Shown: positions 35,027-45,336, numbered from the stretch's first letter. The stretch is DNA of 64,000 bases from Oscillospiraceae bacterium (GCA_015068905.1 SVJQ01000005.1:35746-99745), one strand, 5' to 3'. Program-made: numbers and translations. Notes: generated by a model not told the origin, from the letters alone.

Positions 35027-36052
35027 TCATTGGATAAACATTGCATCACCAAAGCTGAAGAACCGATAACGTTCCTTGACAGCTTCTTCATACGCCTTTA
35101 AAATCAGCTCTCTGCCGGCCAAAGCACTCACAAGCATAACAAGTGTTGACTTGGGCAGATGGAAGTTTGTAATCAATTTATCTGTAAATTTAAAGGTATA
35201 ACCGGGATAAATGAAAATGCTGGTTTCGCCGGTTCCGGGATGCATCACGCCGTTTTCGTCAGCCAAAGTTTCTACAACACGGGTTGCGGTTGTACCAACA
35301 CAGATAACGCTTCCGCCGTTTTGCTTTACCTGATTGAGAAGAGCAGCCGTTTCTTCATTGACTGAATACACCTCTGAGTGCATGGTGTGTTCTTCCACGG
35401 TTTCTGCCTTTACAGGGCGGAAGGTGCCTAAACCAACGTGGAGTGTTACATAGGCAATGTGAACACCCATAGCCTCTAAACGGGCGAGTAAATCTTTATC
35501 AAAATGGAGCCCGGCGGTAGGTGCGGCGGCTGAACCTTCAACCTTTGAATACACCGTTTGATATCGCTCGGGGTCGTTTAATTTTTCTTTAATATAGGGG
35601 GGGAGTGGCATTTCGCCTAACTCTGCCAGAATTTCATTAAAAATACCATCATAAGAAAAACGAACAAGTCTGTTACCGTCGTCTTTGACTTTGATAATCT
35701 CGGCGGTCAACTTTCCTTCGCCGAATACGATTCTGTCACCTATGCGGCATTTTTTGCCGGGACGAACCAAGGTCTCCCATACATCATCTTCCATCTGGCG
35801 GAGAAGTAACAGCTCAGCGGCACCGCCGCTTTTTTCGCGGTGGCCGAGTAGCCTTGCCGGAATGACACGGGTGTTGTTTAACACAAGACAATCGCCGGGC
35901 TTGATGAAATCTGTTATGTCTGAAAAGACGCGGTGTGCAAGTTCTCCGGAGTTTCGGTCTACAACCAAAAGACGGGATGATGTACGGTCGGCAAGAGGGG
36001 TCTGAGCAATTAATTCTTCCGGCAGAAAGTAGTCAAAATCCTGAATGTTCAC
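35027..36052 (-). CDS. queA: S-adenosylmethionine:tRNA ribosyltransferase-isomerase
   Basis: [13 protein letters not shown]...R..SRLL, PLPPYI and TAGLHF motifs. Confidence 0.95.
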   Translation of the reverse strand: MNIQDFDYFLPEELIAQTPLADRTSSRLLVVDRNSGELAHRVFSDITDFIKPGDCLVLNNTRVIPARLLGHREKSGGAAELLLLRQMEDDVWETLVRPGKKCRIGDRIVFGEGKLTAEIIKVKDDGNRLVRFSYDGIFNEILAELGEMPLPPYIKEKLNDPERYQTVYSKVEGSAAAPTAGLHFDKDLLARLEAMGVHIAYVTLHVGLGTFRPVKAETVEEHTMHSEVYSVNEETAALLNQVKQNGGSVICVGTTATRVVETLADENGVMHPGTGETSIFIYPGYTFKFTDKLITNFHLPKSTLVMLVSALAGRELILKAYEEAVKERYRFFSFGDAMFIQ

Positions 36053-36951
36053 TTCAAAACCTCCAACTCACCGGGAATGTCATCGTCATCGTCATCTAAA
36101 TCATCATAGACATCAAAGTCGCGCCAAACGTGCTCTAAAATCTCGAAGTTATGGCATATTTCATCTTTGTTCTTTAAAGCCAATGCAACAATCAGGGCAT
36201 TAATTACAGAAAGAGGCGCAACCAGGGAATCCACAAAGGATTCAGCATCACTCCTTGCAAGCAGTGAATAGTCAGCGTTGACCTTAACGGGTGACAGCAC
36301 ACCATCGGTAATGCCGATAACAGTTGCCCCTTTTGACTTTGCATAGCGAAGCGCATTAATGGTACGCTTTGAGTAGCGGGGGAAGCTGATACCGATGATA
36401 ACATCCTCCTTCCCGATGCGGAACAGTTGCTCAAAAATTTCGCTGGCGCTGATACTGCTGACAACAGTTACCTTATCAAAAACAAGGTTCAGATAAAAAC
36501 CTAACAGACCGGCAAGATATGACGCTGAACGCAAACCCACAATATAAATGTGTTTTGCGGAGAAAATTGTATCTACAATTTTCTCAAATTCATCCTGGTC
36601 AATGGTAGACAGGGTAGAACGAATTTTATCTACATCTGAGTTTAAAACATCTTTTAAAATGTTTTCGCTATTCAGGCGTGCATAGGTCAAATTCATCCTC
36701 TGTAGGCTTGTCAGCTTGGATTTGGCATACTCCCAAACTGCATGCTGAAATTTCTGGTACTTATCGTAGCCCATTTCAGATGAAAAACGAACCACCGTTG
36801 CCTCACTGACGCCGGTAATCTGGCTCAACTGTTCAACGTTCATATAGGCTGCTTTATCATAATTTTCTATGACAAAGCGAGCAATCGCCTTGTGGCTCTT
36901 GCTCAGCTTGTCGTATTTTTCTGTAATATGACTGATAATATTCTGGCTCAT
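36049..36951 (-). CDS. MurR/RpiR family transcriptional regulator (HTH + SIS domain) with poly-Asp tail
   Basis: N-terminal HTH_6-like region, SIS domain (IYIVGLRSA). C-terminus is [18 protein letters not shown]. Confidence 0.8.
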   Translation of the reverse strand: MSQNIISHITEKYDKLSKSHKAIARFVIENYDKAAYMNVEQLSQITGVSEATVVRFSSEMGYDKYQKFQHAVWEYAKSKLTSLQRMNLTYARLNSENILKDVLNSDVDKIRSTLSTIDQDEFEKIVDTIFSAKHIYIVGLRSASYLAGLLGFYLNLVFDKVTVVSSISASEIFEQLFRIGKEDVIIGISFPRYSKRTINALRYAKSKGATVIGITDGVLSPVKVNADYSLLARSDAESFVDSLVAPLSVINALIVALALKNKDEICHNFEILEHVWRDFDVYDDLDDDDDDIPGELEVLK

Positions 36952-36963
36952 AAAAGCTCCCTT

Positions 36964-37920
36964 TTAGCGAAACAGCTCGCTCATGGAAATATCGCCGTAA
37001 ACACGCTTGATAGCTTCTGCAAATACAGGTGCAACGGATAATACCTTGATTTTGTCAATTTGCTTATCCGGCGGCAGGGGAATGGTATCCAGCACTAACA
37101 GCTCAGAAATGGGGCAGTTATTGATTCTTTCAATAGCAGGACCGGATAAAACAGCATGGGTACAGCAAGCAAATACGTCTTTAGCGCCGCGCTCTTTTAA
37201 TGCGGTTGCGCCGTTTGTAATGGTACCTGCAGTATCAATCATGTCATCAATCAAGATAACCTTTTTATCTTTAATGTCGCCAATGATGTTCATAACCTCA
37301 GAAACGTTGGGCTTCGGACGGCGTTTGTCAACAATGGCAATGGGAACGTTGAGTTTGGATGCAAAGGTTCTTGCGCGGGTTACGCTGCCAAGGTCAGGAG
37401 ATACAACCACAAAGTCATCCAGTTCATCCTTGAATTTTTCTATGTAGTAAGAAGCCAGAATAGGACCGCCCAGCAGGTGGTCAACCGGAATATTGAAAAA
37501 GCCCTGAATCTGTGCTGCGTGCAGGTCCATAGTGAGAACGCGGTCAGCTCCGGCAGAGGTAATCAGGTCAGCAACCAGTTTTGCTGAGATTGGATCACGA
37601 GCCTTTGCCTTACGGTCCTGACGTGCATAACCAAAGTAGGGCATAACGGCGGTGATACGACCGGCTGAAGCGCGTTTTAACGCGTCAATCATAATTAACA
37701 GCTCCATCAGGTGGTCATTAACCGGATTGCAGGTAGACTGCACGATGAAAACGTCAGAACCTCTGACAGTTTCATAAATGTTAACACCGATTTCGCCGTC
37801 GCTGAACATAGTCACTTCAGCATCGCAAACACCTAAGCCTAAGCCCTGTGCGATTTTCTGTGCCAGATCAGGATTTGCATTACAAGTAAAAATTTTAACA
37901 TCTTTGCCATGGCTAATCAT
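36964..37920 (-). CDS. prs: ribose-phosphate pyrophosphokinase
   Basis: Full-length Prs with YARQDRK and the PRPP loop [12 protein letters not shown]. Confidence 0.95.
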   Translation of the reverse strand: MISHGKDVKIFTCNANPDLAQKIAQGLGLGVCDAEVTMFSDGEIGVNIYETVRGSDVFIVQSTCNPVNDHLMELLIMIDALKRASAGRITAVMPYFGYARQDRKAKARDPISAKLVADLITSAGADRVLTMDLHAAQIQGFFNIPVDHLLGGPILASYYIEKFKDELDDFVVVSPDLGSVTRARTFASKLNVPIAIVDKRRPKPNVSEVMNIIGDIKDKKVILIDDMIDTAGTITNGATALKERGAKDVFACCTHAVLSGPAIERINNCPISELLVLDTIPLPPDKQIDKIKVLSVAPVFAEAIKRVYGDISMSELFR

Positions 37921-37962
37921 GGTATATTTATTCCCCTTTCCCTAATTAAGGCTAAAAGCCTA

Positions 37963-38613
37963 TTATTTTCTCTTCCAGTTTGTTTTAACGACCTGTCTTG
38001 CCCGGGCGATTGCCAAGGTATCGGCAGGAACGTCATCGGTGATGGTAGAACCGGCGGCTGTGAATGCGTTTTTACCCACAGTAACAGGTGCTACCAGATT
38101 TGTATTACAACCGATGAAGGCATCATCTTCAATAACGGTGCGATATTTTTTCTTGCCGTCGTAGTTAACCACAACAGTACCGCAACCAAAATTGATGCGT
38201 TCGCCTACATCAGCATCACCTACATAGGTTAAATGTGAAAGTTTTGTACCGTTTCCGATGTTGGAATTTTTAATTTCAACAAAGTCGCCCAGCTTTACAT
38301 TTTCCCCGACCTTGCAGTTAGGGCGAACATAGGTAAAAGGACCAACTGTTGTGCCTGCACCGATTTCACTATCCAAAATAACGGATTGGCGGATTTTTAC
38401 GCCGTCGCCAATGATAGAATTTTCAATTTCTGTGTTAAAACCAATACTCACGTTCTGACCAATTTCGGTCTTTCCCACAAGGTGCACGTTCGGAGCAATG
38501 GTTGTGCCAGAGCCGATGGTAACATCAGCATCAATAAAAGCACTTTCTTCGTCTGCGAAAATGACACCGTTCTGCTTATGTTTTGCAATAATTTCTGCAC
38601 GGTTTTGCGTCAT
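37963..38613 (-). CDS. stand-alone left-handed beta-helix acetyltransferase equivalent to the C-terminal (GlcN-1-P acetyltransferase) half of GlmU
   Basis: Aligns by eye to B. subtilis GlmU from about residue 225 to the end (NYDGKKKYRTVIEDDAFIGCNTNLVAPVTVG...ALAIARARQ). Own AAAGGAG RBS. No uridyltransferase domain upstream. Confidence 0.75.
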   Translation of the reverse strand: MTQNRAEIIAKHKQNGVIFADEESAFIDADVTIGSGTTIAPNVHLVGKTEIGQNVSIGFNTEIENSIIGDGVKIRQSVILDSEIGAGTTVGPFTYVRPNCKVGENVKLGDFVEIKNSNIGNGTKLSHLTYVGDADVGERINFGCGTVVVNYDGKKKYRTVIEDDAFIGCNTNLVAPVTVGKNAFTAAGSTITDDVPADTLAIARARQVVKTNWKRK

Positions 38614-38631
38614 GGCAATTCTCCTTTATTT

Positions 38632-39642
38632 TTAATTTTGATGAAATTGATTGACTGAGGTTTTCAGTCGCAGGTCCTCACCGATAAACTGCAGAGCCTG
38701 ATAACTGCCCATAATACGGCTGATAACACGCTCAGAGTAGCGGTCGGAAAGTTCCTGCATATTTAAGTTTGTGTTGATAATTGTCTTTTTGTTGGTAATC
38801 AAACGGGAGTTTAAAATATCAAACAAAGCGGCATTTGTATAGGCTGTAGAAAATTCTGCGCCTAAATCATCTAAAATTAAAAGGTCACAGTCATAAAGAC
38901 GCTCAGCCTGACTTTTTAATTCAGCTAAATCAGTGCCCCGTTTAAATTTATAGTCTTCCAATAAAGAAACAATCTGATACGTGGTTTCATAAATAACAGA
39001 AAAACCCTTTTTAATCAGTTCTTTTGCAATGCAGGTTGATAAAAAGGTTTTTCCAAGACCCGACTCGCCCCAGAACAACAGATTTTTCTCAGTACGTTCA
39101 AAGGAGTTGATAAAATCCTTGCTGATTTCTACAATACGTTCCATATTCACACGGGGAATAATGCCGTATTGTGCATCGGGTTCATTAGAGTAGAGGGAGA
39201 AGTCAAAGGTTTTAAAGCTTTGATTGCGAAGCTGTTGTGAAAGGTTAGACTTTTCAAAAGCCTTCATCACCAACCGGCGTTTAAAACATTCGCAGGATCT
39301 GTCACCCCGTACACCGGTATCCTGACAATCTTCACACATATAGCGCATAGAAAGCTCATCTTCAGCAAAGCCGTTTTCCAGCAAAAGAGCCTTTCTGCGG
39401 ATTTGTAAGGATTTTTGATGGTCACGAAGTGCTACAATTTTAGCCTGCATATCCAAGGGGGCTGAAACCGCTAATGAAACGATAGAAAGACCGGCAGACT
39501 GTATCTCACGGTCAATGTCTTCAATTTCAGGAACAGCAAGGTAAACCGCGCGGCGGCGAGCATCTAAATCCTCCTGATTATGCCTGCGGAGCTCTTCATA
39601 TTCAGTTTCAACTAATTGATACAAACTGCGCTCATACGCCAT
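38632..39642 (-). CDS. DnaI/DnaC-like helicase-loader ATPase (IstB-like AAA+)
   Basis: Cys-rich N-domain (CEDCQDTG...CECF), Walker A GESGLGKTFL, Walker B LLILDDLG. GGGAGGGA RBS before the ATG at 39642. Confidence 0.8.
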   Translation of the reverse strand: MAYERSLYQLVETEYEELRRHNQEDLDARRRAVYLAVPEIEDIDREIQSAGLSIVSLAVSAPLDMQAKIVALRDHQKSLQIRRKALLLENGFAEDELSMRYMCEDCQDTGVRGDRSCECFKRRLVMKAFEKSNLSQQLRNQSFKTFDFSLYSNEPDAQYGIIPRVNMERIVEISKDFINSFERTEKNLLFWGESGLGKTFLSTCIAKELIKKGFSVIYETTYQIVSLLEDYKFKRGTDLAELKSQAERLYDCDLLILDDLGAEFSTAYTNAALFDILNSRLITNKKTIINTNLNMQELSDRYSERVISRIMGSYQALQFIGEDLRLKTSVNQFHQN

Positions 39643-40630
39643 GTTTTTCGTCCCTCCCATCAGGGAAATTAACCGCCTCTAAGGCCTGACGCTGCAAAGC
39701 CTCAAAATCATAGCGGGAATTTTTCGGTTTCTTGCTGTCGGGTTTAGTTTGTTTATTTACATCCTGCGGAGCGTGAATGTTATTCTTTGCCCAGGATTCT
39801 AAAATCTTGTTCATATAGGCAAAAGAGAGTTTGCCGGTTTGATTTACAGTTAACTCGTATGCAGCCTTCACCATATCAGGAGACATGTTAAATTCGCTTT
39901 GCCAGTTGTGAATGTAACTGAGTTCACGAGTTGTTAAACGACGCTCCTGAATACCTAAAACGGTACGAATACGGCTGGTGTAGCTTAAAAATTCTTCCCG
40001 TTTTTCAATGTGAGCCTTAGCCTTTTCGATCGAATCAATACCGGCAGAAGCCCATTTGCCGGCTTCTTTTTCGATATATTTCATAGAGTGTTTGCCCTTT
40101 GATACATAGTATTCAATTAATACCAAAATGACCTCAACAGGCAAGCCATAATAATCGTGAAAAGAATATAAAAGCTCAGTATCAGCAGAACTTAAGGTTT
40201 TACCAAGGATTTGCCCGACCAGTTTATACATCTGGCTCATACGAGGATTTTCCTGCAGACGACGGCTGATTTCAGAAGCTTTGTAGCTGGGCTTAAAGGG
40301 TACAGCAGTTTTTTCGCAGGCAGCGGAAAAGCAAAATTCAATATCAAAGTCACCATCATCCACGGTGGTGAAGTTATGAATTTTGACAAGCCCCTGAGAA
40401 CTGTAAAACAAAAAGGCATTTACAACATCCATTTTGCTGATTTTGAGTGCCTCAGCAATATAGTCATTTGAAATATTCAGGTTGCCTTTTTCACATTGCC
40501 GTAAAGTGAAAATATATACGGATAAATATGTAGCACAACCGGCTTCAGTCAAAAGATCTGCAACACGGGCAGGGAGAGTCATATAACCGCTGGGACTGCC
40601 GGGAGCTTTAGATTCAATAATCATGACCAA
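39632..40630 (-). CDS. DnaD-domain replication initiation/restart protein
   Basis: DnaD-like repeat region (LYSFHDYYGLPVEVILVLIEY...; NWQSEFNMSPDMV). Paired with the loader ATPase. The start is uncertain (TTG at 40630 or ATG at 40624). Confidence 0.7.
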   Translation of the reverse strand: MVMIIESKAPGSPSGYMTLPARVADLLTEAGCATYLSVYIFTLRQCEKGNLNISNDYIAEALKISKMDVVNAFLFYSSQGLVKIHNFTTVDDGDFDIEFCFSAACEKTAVPFKPSYKASEISRRLQENPRMSQMYKLVGQILGKTLSSADTELLYSFHDYYGLPVEVILVLIEYYVSKGKHSMKYIEKEAGKWASAGIDSIEKAKAHIEKREEFLSYTSRIRTVLGIQERRLTTRELSYIHNWQSEFNMSPDMVKAAYELTVNQTGKLSFAYMNKILESWAKNNIHAPQDVNKQTKPDSKKPKNSRYDFEALQRQALEAVNFPDGRDEKHGV

Positions 40631-40782
40631 ACACCGTTACCTTCTGAATTTGCGTTTTTTGTATGCACAAAATGCTCCAAAGTCTGACAAAAAACACTAC
40701 TATTATTTATTATAACATAAATATATAAAAAAGCAAAGACAAAAATTGTAATTTCTTAAAAAAATTATGAGGAAAAATGTAG

Positions 40783-40820
40783 CGAAAAAAATAAGCGACA
40801 GCATAATAGCTGTCGCTTAG
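40783..40820 (-). terminator. rho-independent terminator after rpsO
   Basis: AGCGACAGC-ataata-GCTGTCGCT with a U-run on the minus strand. Confidence 0.8.
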
Positions 40821-40825
40821 ATTCA

Positions 40826-41089
40826 TTACTTTCTCAGACCTAATTTTTCAACGATTGCACGATATCTTTCAATGTCAACCTTAGTCAGGTAGTTGAGCAG
40901 GCCTCTGCGCTGACCAACCATCTTTAAAAGGCCGCGTCTTGAATGATGGTCCTTCTTGTAAACCTTCAGATGCTCGTTTAAGTGATTGATGCGCTCAGTT
41001 AAGATAGCAATCTGCACTTCCGGAGAACCTGTATCGGTTTCGTGGATTTTGTACTTTGCAATAATTTCCTGTTTTACTTCGGGTCTCAT
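40826..41089 (-). CDS. rpsO: 30S ribosomal protein S15
   Basis: [15 protein letters not shown]...[17 protein letters not shown]. Confidence 0.95.
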   Translation of the reverse strand: MRPEVKQEIIAKYKIHETDTGSPEVQIAILTERINHLNEHLKVYKKDHHSRRGLLKMVGQRRGLLNYLTKVDIERYRAIVEKLGLRK

Positions 41090-41213
41090 AATGAACCTCC
41101 TAAAAAATTAAAATTTCTCCGAACCCCGCGCAAAAGGTCAGTTTTTGAGGTGACACCTTAAGCCCGGTCGTTGGAACAAAAAATATTTTAGCATAAAAAG
41201 ATGGATTTGTAAA
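41090..41213 (-). promoter_or_regulatory. rpsO promoter (TTTACA, 17 nt, TAAAAT at 41213-41185) plus about 90-nt leader, candidate S15 autoregulatory leader
   Basis: Promoter read on the minus strand. The leader contains GC-rich pairing segments ahead of the AGGAGG RBS. The regulatory role is inferred from known S15 feedback only. Confidence 0.35.
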
Positions 41214-41281
41214 GCTTTTTTTGCAAAAAATCAAAAAACTTTTATACAGATAGTATAAACCGCAAAAACCTGTAAAATACA

Positions 41282-41308
41282 ATAAGCAGGAGGCAAACTC
41301 CTGCTTAC
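41282..41308 (-). terminator. terminator after veg
   Basis: TAAGCAGGAG-gcaaa-CTCCTGCTTA. Only moderately U-rich tail. Confidence 0.55.
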
Positions 41309-41309
41309 A

Positions 41310-41585
41310 TTATATAATAACGGTTTTTGTATCAAGTACGGTAATTTCGATAGATTTGGTTAAAATATCTGTATACCCGAAAGACATAGTTCTTGCAGTG
41401 TCTGCAAACTCAGACACACTGTCTAAGGATACAATAAAAATAGAAGGGTAGGTTTCTTTGATATAACCAAAGCGGATGATTTCACGGTTTTTGCCTCGTC
41501 TTGCGGCAAGACGGATACGTTTGCCTTCATTTTGTGCAAGCTGGTTTTTCACTCTTTGAATATCCGATTTATCAATCACAACCAT
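41310..41585 (-). CDS. veg: Veg family protein
   Basis: 86-91 aa with L..NLGKR-like NEGKRIRL, ETYPSIF and the Y.DIL tail, like B. subtilis Veg. Confidence 0.85.
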   Translation of the reverse strand: MVVIDKSDIQRVKNQLAQNEGKRIRLAARRGKNREIIRFGYIKETYPSIFIVSLDSVSEFADTARTMSFGYTDILTKSIEITVLDTKTVII

Positions 41586-41610
41586 ACCTCCTTTACATAA
41601 TTTCCATTTT

Positions 41611-41639
41611 ATTCTAACACAACTGTAATATTATGTCAA
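41611..41639 (-). promoter_or_regulatory. veg promoter
   Basis: Minus strand: TTGACA, 17 nt, TAGAAT. Confidence 0.6.
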
Positions 41640-41747
41640 GTGCTGATTACTTTATATGGAAAATAGGCGTAAAAGAGGGAAAAATATCTTCATTCATGAT
41701 TTTTTTATGAGTTTTACCTCAGATTCCCAAAAAAACATAAAAAAAGG

Positions 41748-41776
41748 TTGACAACTATAGAAATTTTCGGTATAAT
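41748..41776 (+). promoter_or_regulatory. consensus sigma-A promoter for yceD-rpmF
   Basis: TTGACA, 17 nt, TATAAT. It places the ORF-track ATG at 41779 upstream of the likely transcription start. Confidence 0.65.
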
Positions 41777-41799
41777 CAATGATTAGGGGAGTGGGTGTT

Positions 41800-42297
41800 T
41801 TGATTTTTGATGTTCAAACAATTTTAAAAACAGAAGGTGCTCGTGCTTCCGTTCAGGTGAGCCTGCTTCCGCCGGAAGAGTTCTCTGACGGAGAAAAAGA
41901 ATTTGTTTCTGATGCATCTTTTACCGGCGTTGTTGAAAATGTCGGCGGCGTTTTAGAATTGTCAGGTGAGGCAGTTGGCAGTTTTACTGTTCCTTGTGCC
42001 CGCTGTGCAAAAATTACAACACAAAACTACCGTGTGCCTGTCAATGAAACATTTGCCCATGAAAATGCTGAAGGTGTGGACCTTGATGCAGTGCTGACGT
42101 TTGTGGGAACGAGCATTGATCTTGATGAAGCTATCTGGCCCAATGTTTTATTGTCGATTGACACAAAATATTTATGTAAGTCTGACTGCAAGGGTTTATG
42201 TCCTATGTGCGGTGCTGACTTAAATGAAACATCTTGCGACTGCGAGCAGGATGAAATTGACCCGAGACTTGCAGGTCTTGCCGATCTGCTTAAGTAA
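41800..42297 (+). CDS. YceD family (DUF177) protein
   Basis: C-terminal CxxDCKGLCPxCG...C.C motif. Conserved position before rpmF. TTG at 41800 lies 8 nt after AGGGGAG. The start is uncertain. Confidence 0.75.
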   Translation: MIFDVQTILKTEGARASVQVSLLPPEEFSDGEKEFVSDASFTGVVENVGGVLELSGEAVGSFTVPCARCAKITTQNYRVPVNETFAHENAEGVDLDAVLTFVGTSIDLDEAIWPNVLLSIDTKYLCKSDCKGLCPMCGADLNETSCDCEQDEIDPRLAGLADLLK

Positions 42298-42355
42298 TTA
42301 TGTAAATTATGGTCTGTGGGGGAAACCCGTGACCTGGTTATAGGAGGTGTAGTAA

Positions 42356-42535
42356 ATGGCAGTACCTAAGAGAAGAACCTCAAAAGCAAAACGTGATCAG
42401 AGAAGAGCTAACTGGAAGCTGGCGGTTCCGGGCATTATCGCTTGCCCCCGCTGCGGTGAGTTTATCATGCCCCACAGAGTCTGCAAAGCCTGCGGATACT
42501 ATAAGGGCAAGGAAGTAATCGCCAAGGCTGAATAA
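42356..42535 (+). CDS. rpmF: 50S ribosomal protein L32 (59 aa, below the ORF-track cutoff)
   Basis: My own translation is [68 protein letters not shown]. Confidence 0.9.
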   Translation: MAVPKRRTSKAKRDQRRANWKLAVPGIIACPRCGEFIMPHRVCKACGYYKGKEVIAKAE

Positions 42536-42550
42536 TTCGATTTTGCTAAG

Positions 42551-42584
42551 AAATAGAGAAGGCGGCTCGTCTTCTCTATTTTTG
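42551..42584 (+). terminator. rho-independent terminator after rpmF
   Basis: AATAGAGAAG-gcggctcgt-CTTCTCTATT followed by TTT. Confidence 0.75.
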
Positions 42585-42652
42585 TAAGGTCGGGTTTTTC
42601 TATGACTCGTTTTTTCTTGATTATGCCCCTGACGGGGTTGGAGGTGTGTGCT

Positions 42653-43984
42653 TTGCAGTACCGGGCTAAGGTAGACGAAGTTATGCCGGGCAGTATCGCC
42701 GAAGAGCTGGGAATTGTGCCCGGTGATATTATCTGCAAAATTAACGGCCGCCGTATTGCGGACTTTTTAGACTATCAATTTTTGGCGTCAAGCCCTGAAA
42801 TTGTTTTAGAGGTAAAAAAAGCAACCGGCGAGGTCATTGAATTTGATATTGAAAACGAAGAGATGGAGGATTTGGGCATCGGCTTTTCAGGTATGCTGTT
42901 TGACCCTGCTAAAAGCTGTGCCAATCGCTGTGTTTTTTGTTTTATAGATCAGTTACCTCCCAATATGCGTGAAAGCTTATATTTTAAAGATGATGACTCC
43001 AGACTGTCTTTTCTTTACGGTAACTATGTGACTATGACCAATATGACCGATAAGGATGTAGACCGTCTGATTGAATACCGGGTATCCCCGGTGAATATAT
43101 CAGTTCATACCACCGATATGGAACTGAGAAAAAAGATGCTGAATAACCGCCATGCAGACAGACTTATGGGCTATATGCAAAAGCTGTATGACGGCGATAT
43201 TCAAATGAATATGCAAATTGTGCTCTGCAAGGGCATCAATGATGGTGAACAGCTTACAAAAAGCCTTTGTGATCTGGCAGCCTTTCACCCTATGGCAGTC
43301 AGCGTATCGGTTGTGCCGGTGGGGCTCACCCGCTACCGCGAAGGGTTATATCCCTTAGAAGCCTTTACAAAAGAGGATGCCAAGCAGGTCGTAGAACAGA
43401 TAGAAGCCCTGCAGCAACAGTTTTTAGACCGCTTTGGTTCTCGTTTTGTTTACGCAAGTGATGAGTTTTATCTTTTGGCAGGGCTTCCCATGCCGGATGC
43501 TGAAGCCTATGAAGACTTTCCTCAGATAGAAAACGGCGTAGGGATGGAAGCCAGCATGGAAGCTGAGTTTTCGGATGCCTTAGATGGAGAATATTCCCTT
43601 CAGTATAAGGGGAAAACTATTGTAGCAACAGGAACCCTGGCAGAACCCTTTATCAGCCGGCTTGTGGCACTTGCTAAGGAAAAATATCCTGAACTTGACG
43701 CTACTGTTATAGCTGTCGAAAACAAGCTGTTCGGCGGTGGCGTAACAGTTGCCGGCCTTTTAGGCGGCAGGGACCTGATTGACGCATTATCCGGTCAGAC
43801 ATTTGACCGGCTCCTTATTACATCATCAATGCTAAAGGCTGATGAGCCAATCTTTTTAGACGATGTAACCGTTTCTGATGTGGAAAAGGCATTGGGTGTT
43901 ACATTAGTCAGCAACCGAAACGACGGTTATGAATTTTTACAAAGCCTTTTAGGCTGCGTTGATACTTTTGATGATGGGTTTTAA
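42653..43984 (+). CDS. DUF512 protein (PDZ + radical-SAM-like domain)
   Basis: PDZ-like N-terminus, CANRCVFC (Cx3Cx2C), DDD.RLSFL.GNY.T. TTG at 42653 lies 7 nt after GGAGG. Confidence 0.8.
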   Translation: MQYRAKVDEVMPGSIAEELGIVPGDIICKINGRRIADFLDYQFLASSPEIVLEVKKATGEVIEFDIENEEMEDLGIGFSGMLFDPAKSCANRCVFCFIDQLPPNMRESLYFKDDDSRLSFLYGNYVTMTNMTDKDVDRLIEYRVSPVNISVHTTDMELRKKMLNNRHADRLMGYMQKLYDGDIQMNMQIVLCKGINDGEQLTKSLCDLAAFHPMAVSVSVVPVGLTRYREGLYPLEAFTKEDAKQVVEQIEALQQQFLDRFGSRFVYASDEFYLLAGLPMPDAEAYEDFPQIENGVGMEASMEAEFSDALDGEYSLQYKGKTIVATGTLAEPFISRLVALAKEKYPELDATVIAVENKLFGGGVTVAGLLGGRDLIDALSGQTFDRLLITSSMLKADEPIFLDDVTVSDVEKALGVTLVSNRNDGYEFLQSLLGCVDTFDDGF

Positions 43985-44013
43985 AGAGGAAATGTAAAGA
44001 GAGGAAGCAAACT

Positions 44014-45336
44014 ATGAGAAAGCCTATCGTTGCCATTGTTGGCAGACCAAACGTAGGAAAATCAACATTATTTAATAAGATAGTCGGTTCACGTATTTCC
44101 ATTGTGGATGATACCCCGGGTGTTACCCGTGACAGAATCTATATGGAATCAGAGTGGAACGGCAAAGAATTTTTGCTCATTGATACCGGCGGCATAGAAC
44201 CGGGTGACGATGTGATTGTGTCCAATATGCGCCGTCAGGCAGAACTTGCCATTTCTCAGGCAGATGTGCTGGTTTTAATGACCTGTGTCCATGATGGACT
44301 TGTGGCGGCAGACAGCGAGGCTGCCGCAATGCTGCAAAAGTCAGGCAAGCCGGTGCTTTTAGCTGTTAATAAGGTTGATAACATTGGCAATCCACCTATG
44401 GAACTGTATGAGTTTTATAATCTTGGTCTGGGTGACCCGATGCCGGTTTCCTCTATTCACGGCTTGGGTGTGGGTGATCTTTTGGATGAGATTGTTGCCC
44501 TGTTTCCCGAGCAGGATGCAGAGGACTTGGAAGAGGATGACACCTTAAAGGTTGCCTTGGTGGGCAAGCCTAATGTAGGTAAATCTTCACTCATCAATAA
44601 AATTCTGGGTGAAGACCGCGTGATTGTCAGCAACATTGCCGGTACTACCCGTGACGCTATTGATGCAAAGGTGACTCGTGACGGACGGGACTATACCTTT
44701 ATTGATACCGCCGGTATGCGTAAGCGCAGCAAGGTGGAAGAGGGCATTGAGCATTATAGTGTCATTCGCTCGCTGGGTGCTGTTGATAGAGCTGATGTAT
44801 GTGTCATTATGATTGATGCTCAAGAGGGTGTTACCGAGCAGGACACCAAAATTGCCGGCTATGCCCACGAACAGGGCAAGGCATGTGTTATTGCTGTTAA
44901 TAAGTGGGACCTGATTGAAAAAGATGGTAAGACCATGGATAGTTTTCGAAAAAAAGTAGCAGAGGGTTTATCCTTTATGCTGTATGCACCTGTTGTGTTT
45001 ATCTCAGCCTTGACCGGTCAGCGCCTTGACAGATTGTTTGAACTGATTAACTTTGTTCGTGAACAGAACACTATGCGCATCAGAACCGGTGCATTAAATG
45101 ATGTGTTGAACGAGGCAACCATGCGTGTTCAGCCCCCGTCGGATAAGGGTAAGCGCCTGAAAATTTATTATATTACGCAGGCATCAACAGCGCCGCCGAC
45201 CTTTGTTTTGTTTGTGAATAACAGACAGCTTGCTCATTTTTCATACATTCGATATCTGGAAAACCAGATTCGCGGTGTTTTTGGCTTAGAGGGCACACCT
45301 GTCAGATTTGTTCTGCGTGAGCGTGGAGACGAGTAA
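44014..45336 (+). CDS. der: ribosome biogenesis GTPase Der (EngA)
   Basis: Two tandem GTPase domains (GRPNVGKST, GKPNVGKSS) plus a KH-like C-terminus. Confidence 0.95.
   Translation: MRKPIVAIVGRPNVGKSTLFNKIVGSRISIVDDTPGVTRDRIYMESEWNGKEFLLIDTGGIEPGDDVIVSNMRRQAELAISQADVLVLMTCVHDGLVAADSEAAAMLQKSGKPVLLAVNKVDNIGNPPMELYEFYNLGLGDPMPVSSIHGLGVGDLLDEIVALFPEQDAEDLEEDDTLKVALVGKPNVGKSSLINKILGEDRVIVSNIAGTTRDAIDAKVTRDGRDYTFIDTAGMRKRSKVEEGIEHYSVIRSLGAVDRADVCVIMIDAQEGVTEQDTKIAGYAHEQGKACVIAVNKWDLIEKDGKTMDSFRKKVAEGLSFMLYAPVVFISALTGQRLDRLFELINFVREQNTMRIRTGALNDVLNEATMRVQPPSDKGKRLKIYYITQASTAPPTFVLFVNNRQLAHFSYIRYLENQIRGVFGLEGTPVRFVLRERGDE

Noticed and set aside
38632-40630. DnaD-like/DnaC-like pair as a prophage remnant.
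   Set aside because: No other phage-type genes (integrase, repressor, terminase, structural genes) occur nearby, and the pair is embedded in a housekeeping array. This is kept only as a low-interest rearrangement note.
41100-41282. 60-aa ORF in the rpsO-veg spacer, and ORFs 48104-48343 / 48116-48316 upstream of rplS.
   Set aside because: They fall within promoter and leader regions of ribosomal-protein genes and have no RBS. They are better explained as 5' UTRs.
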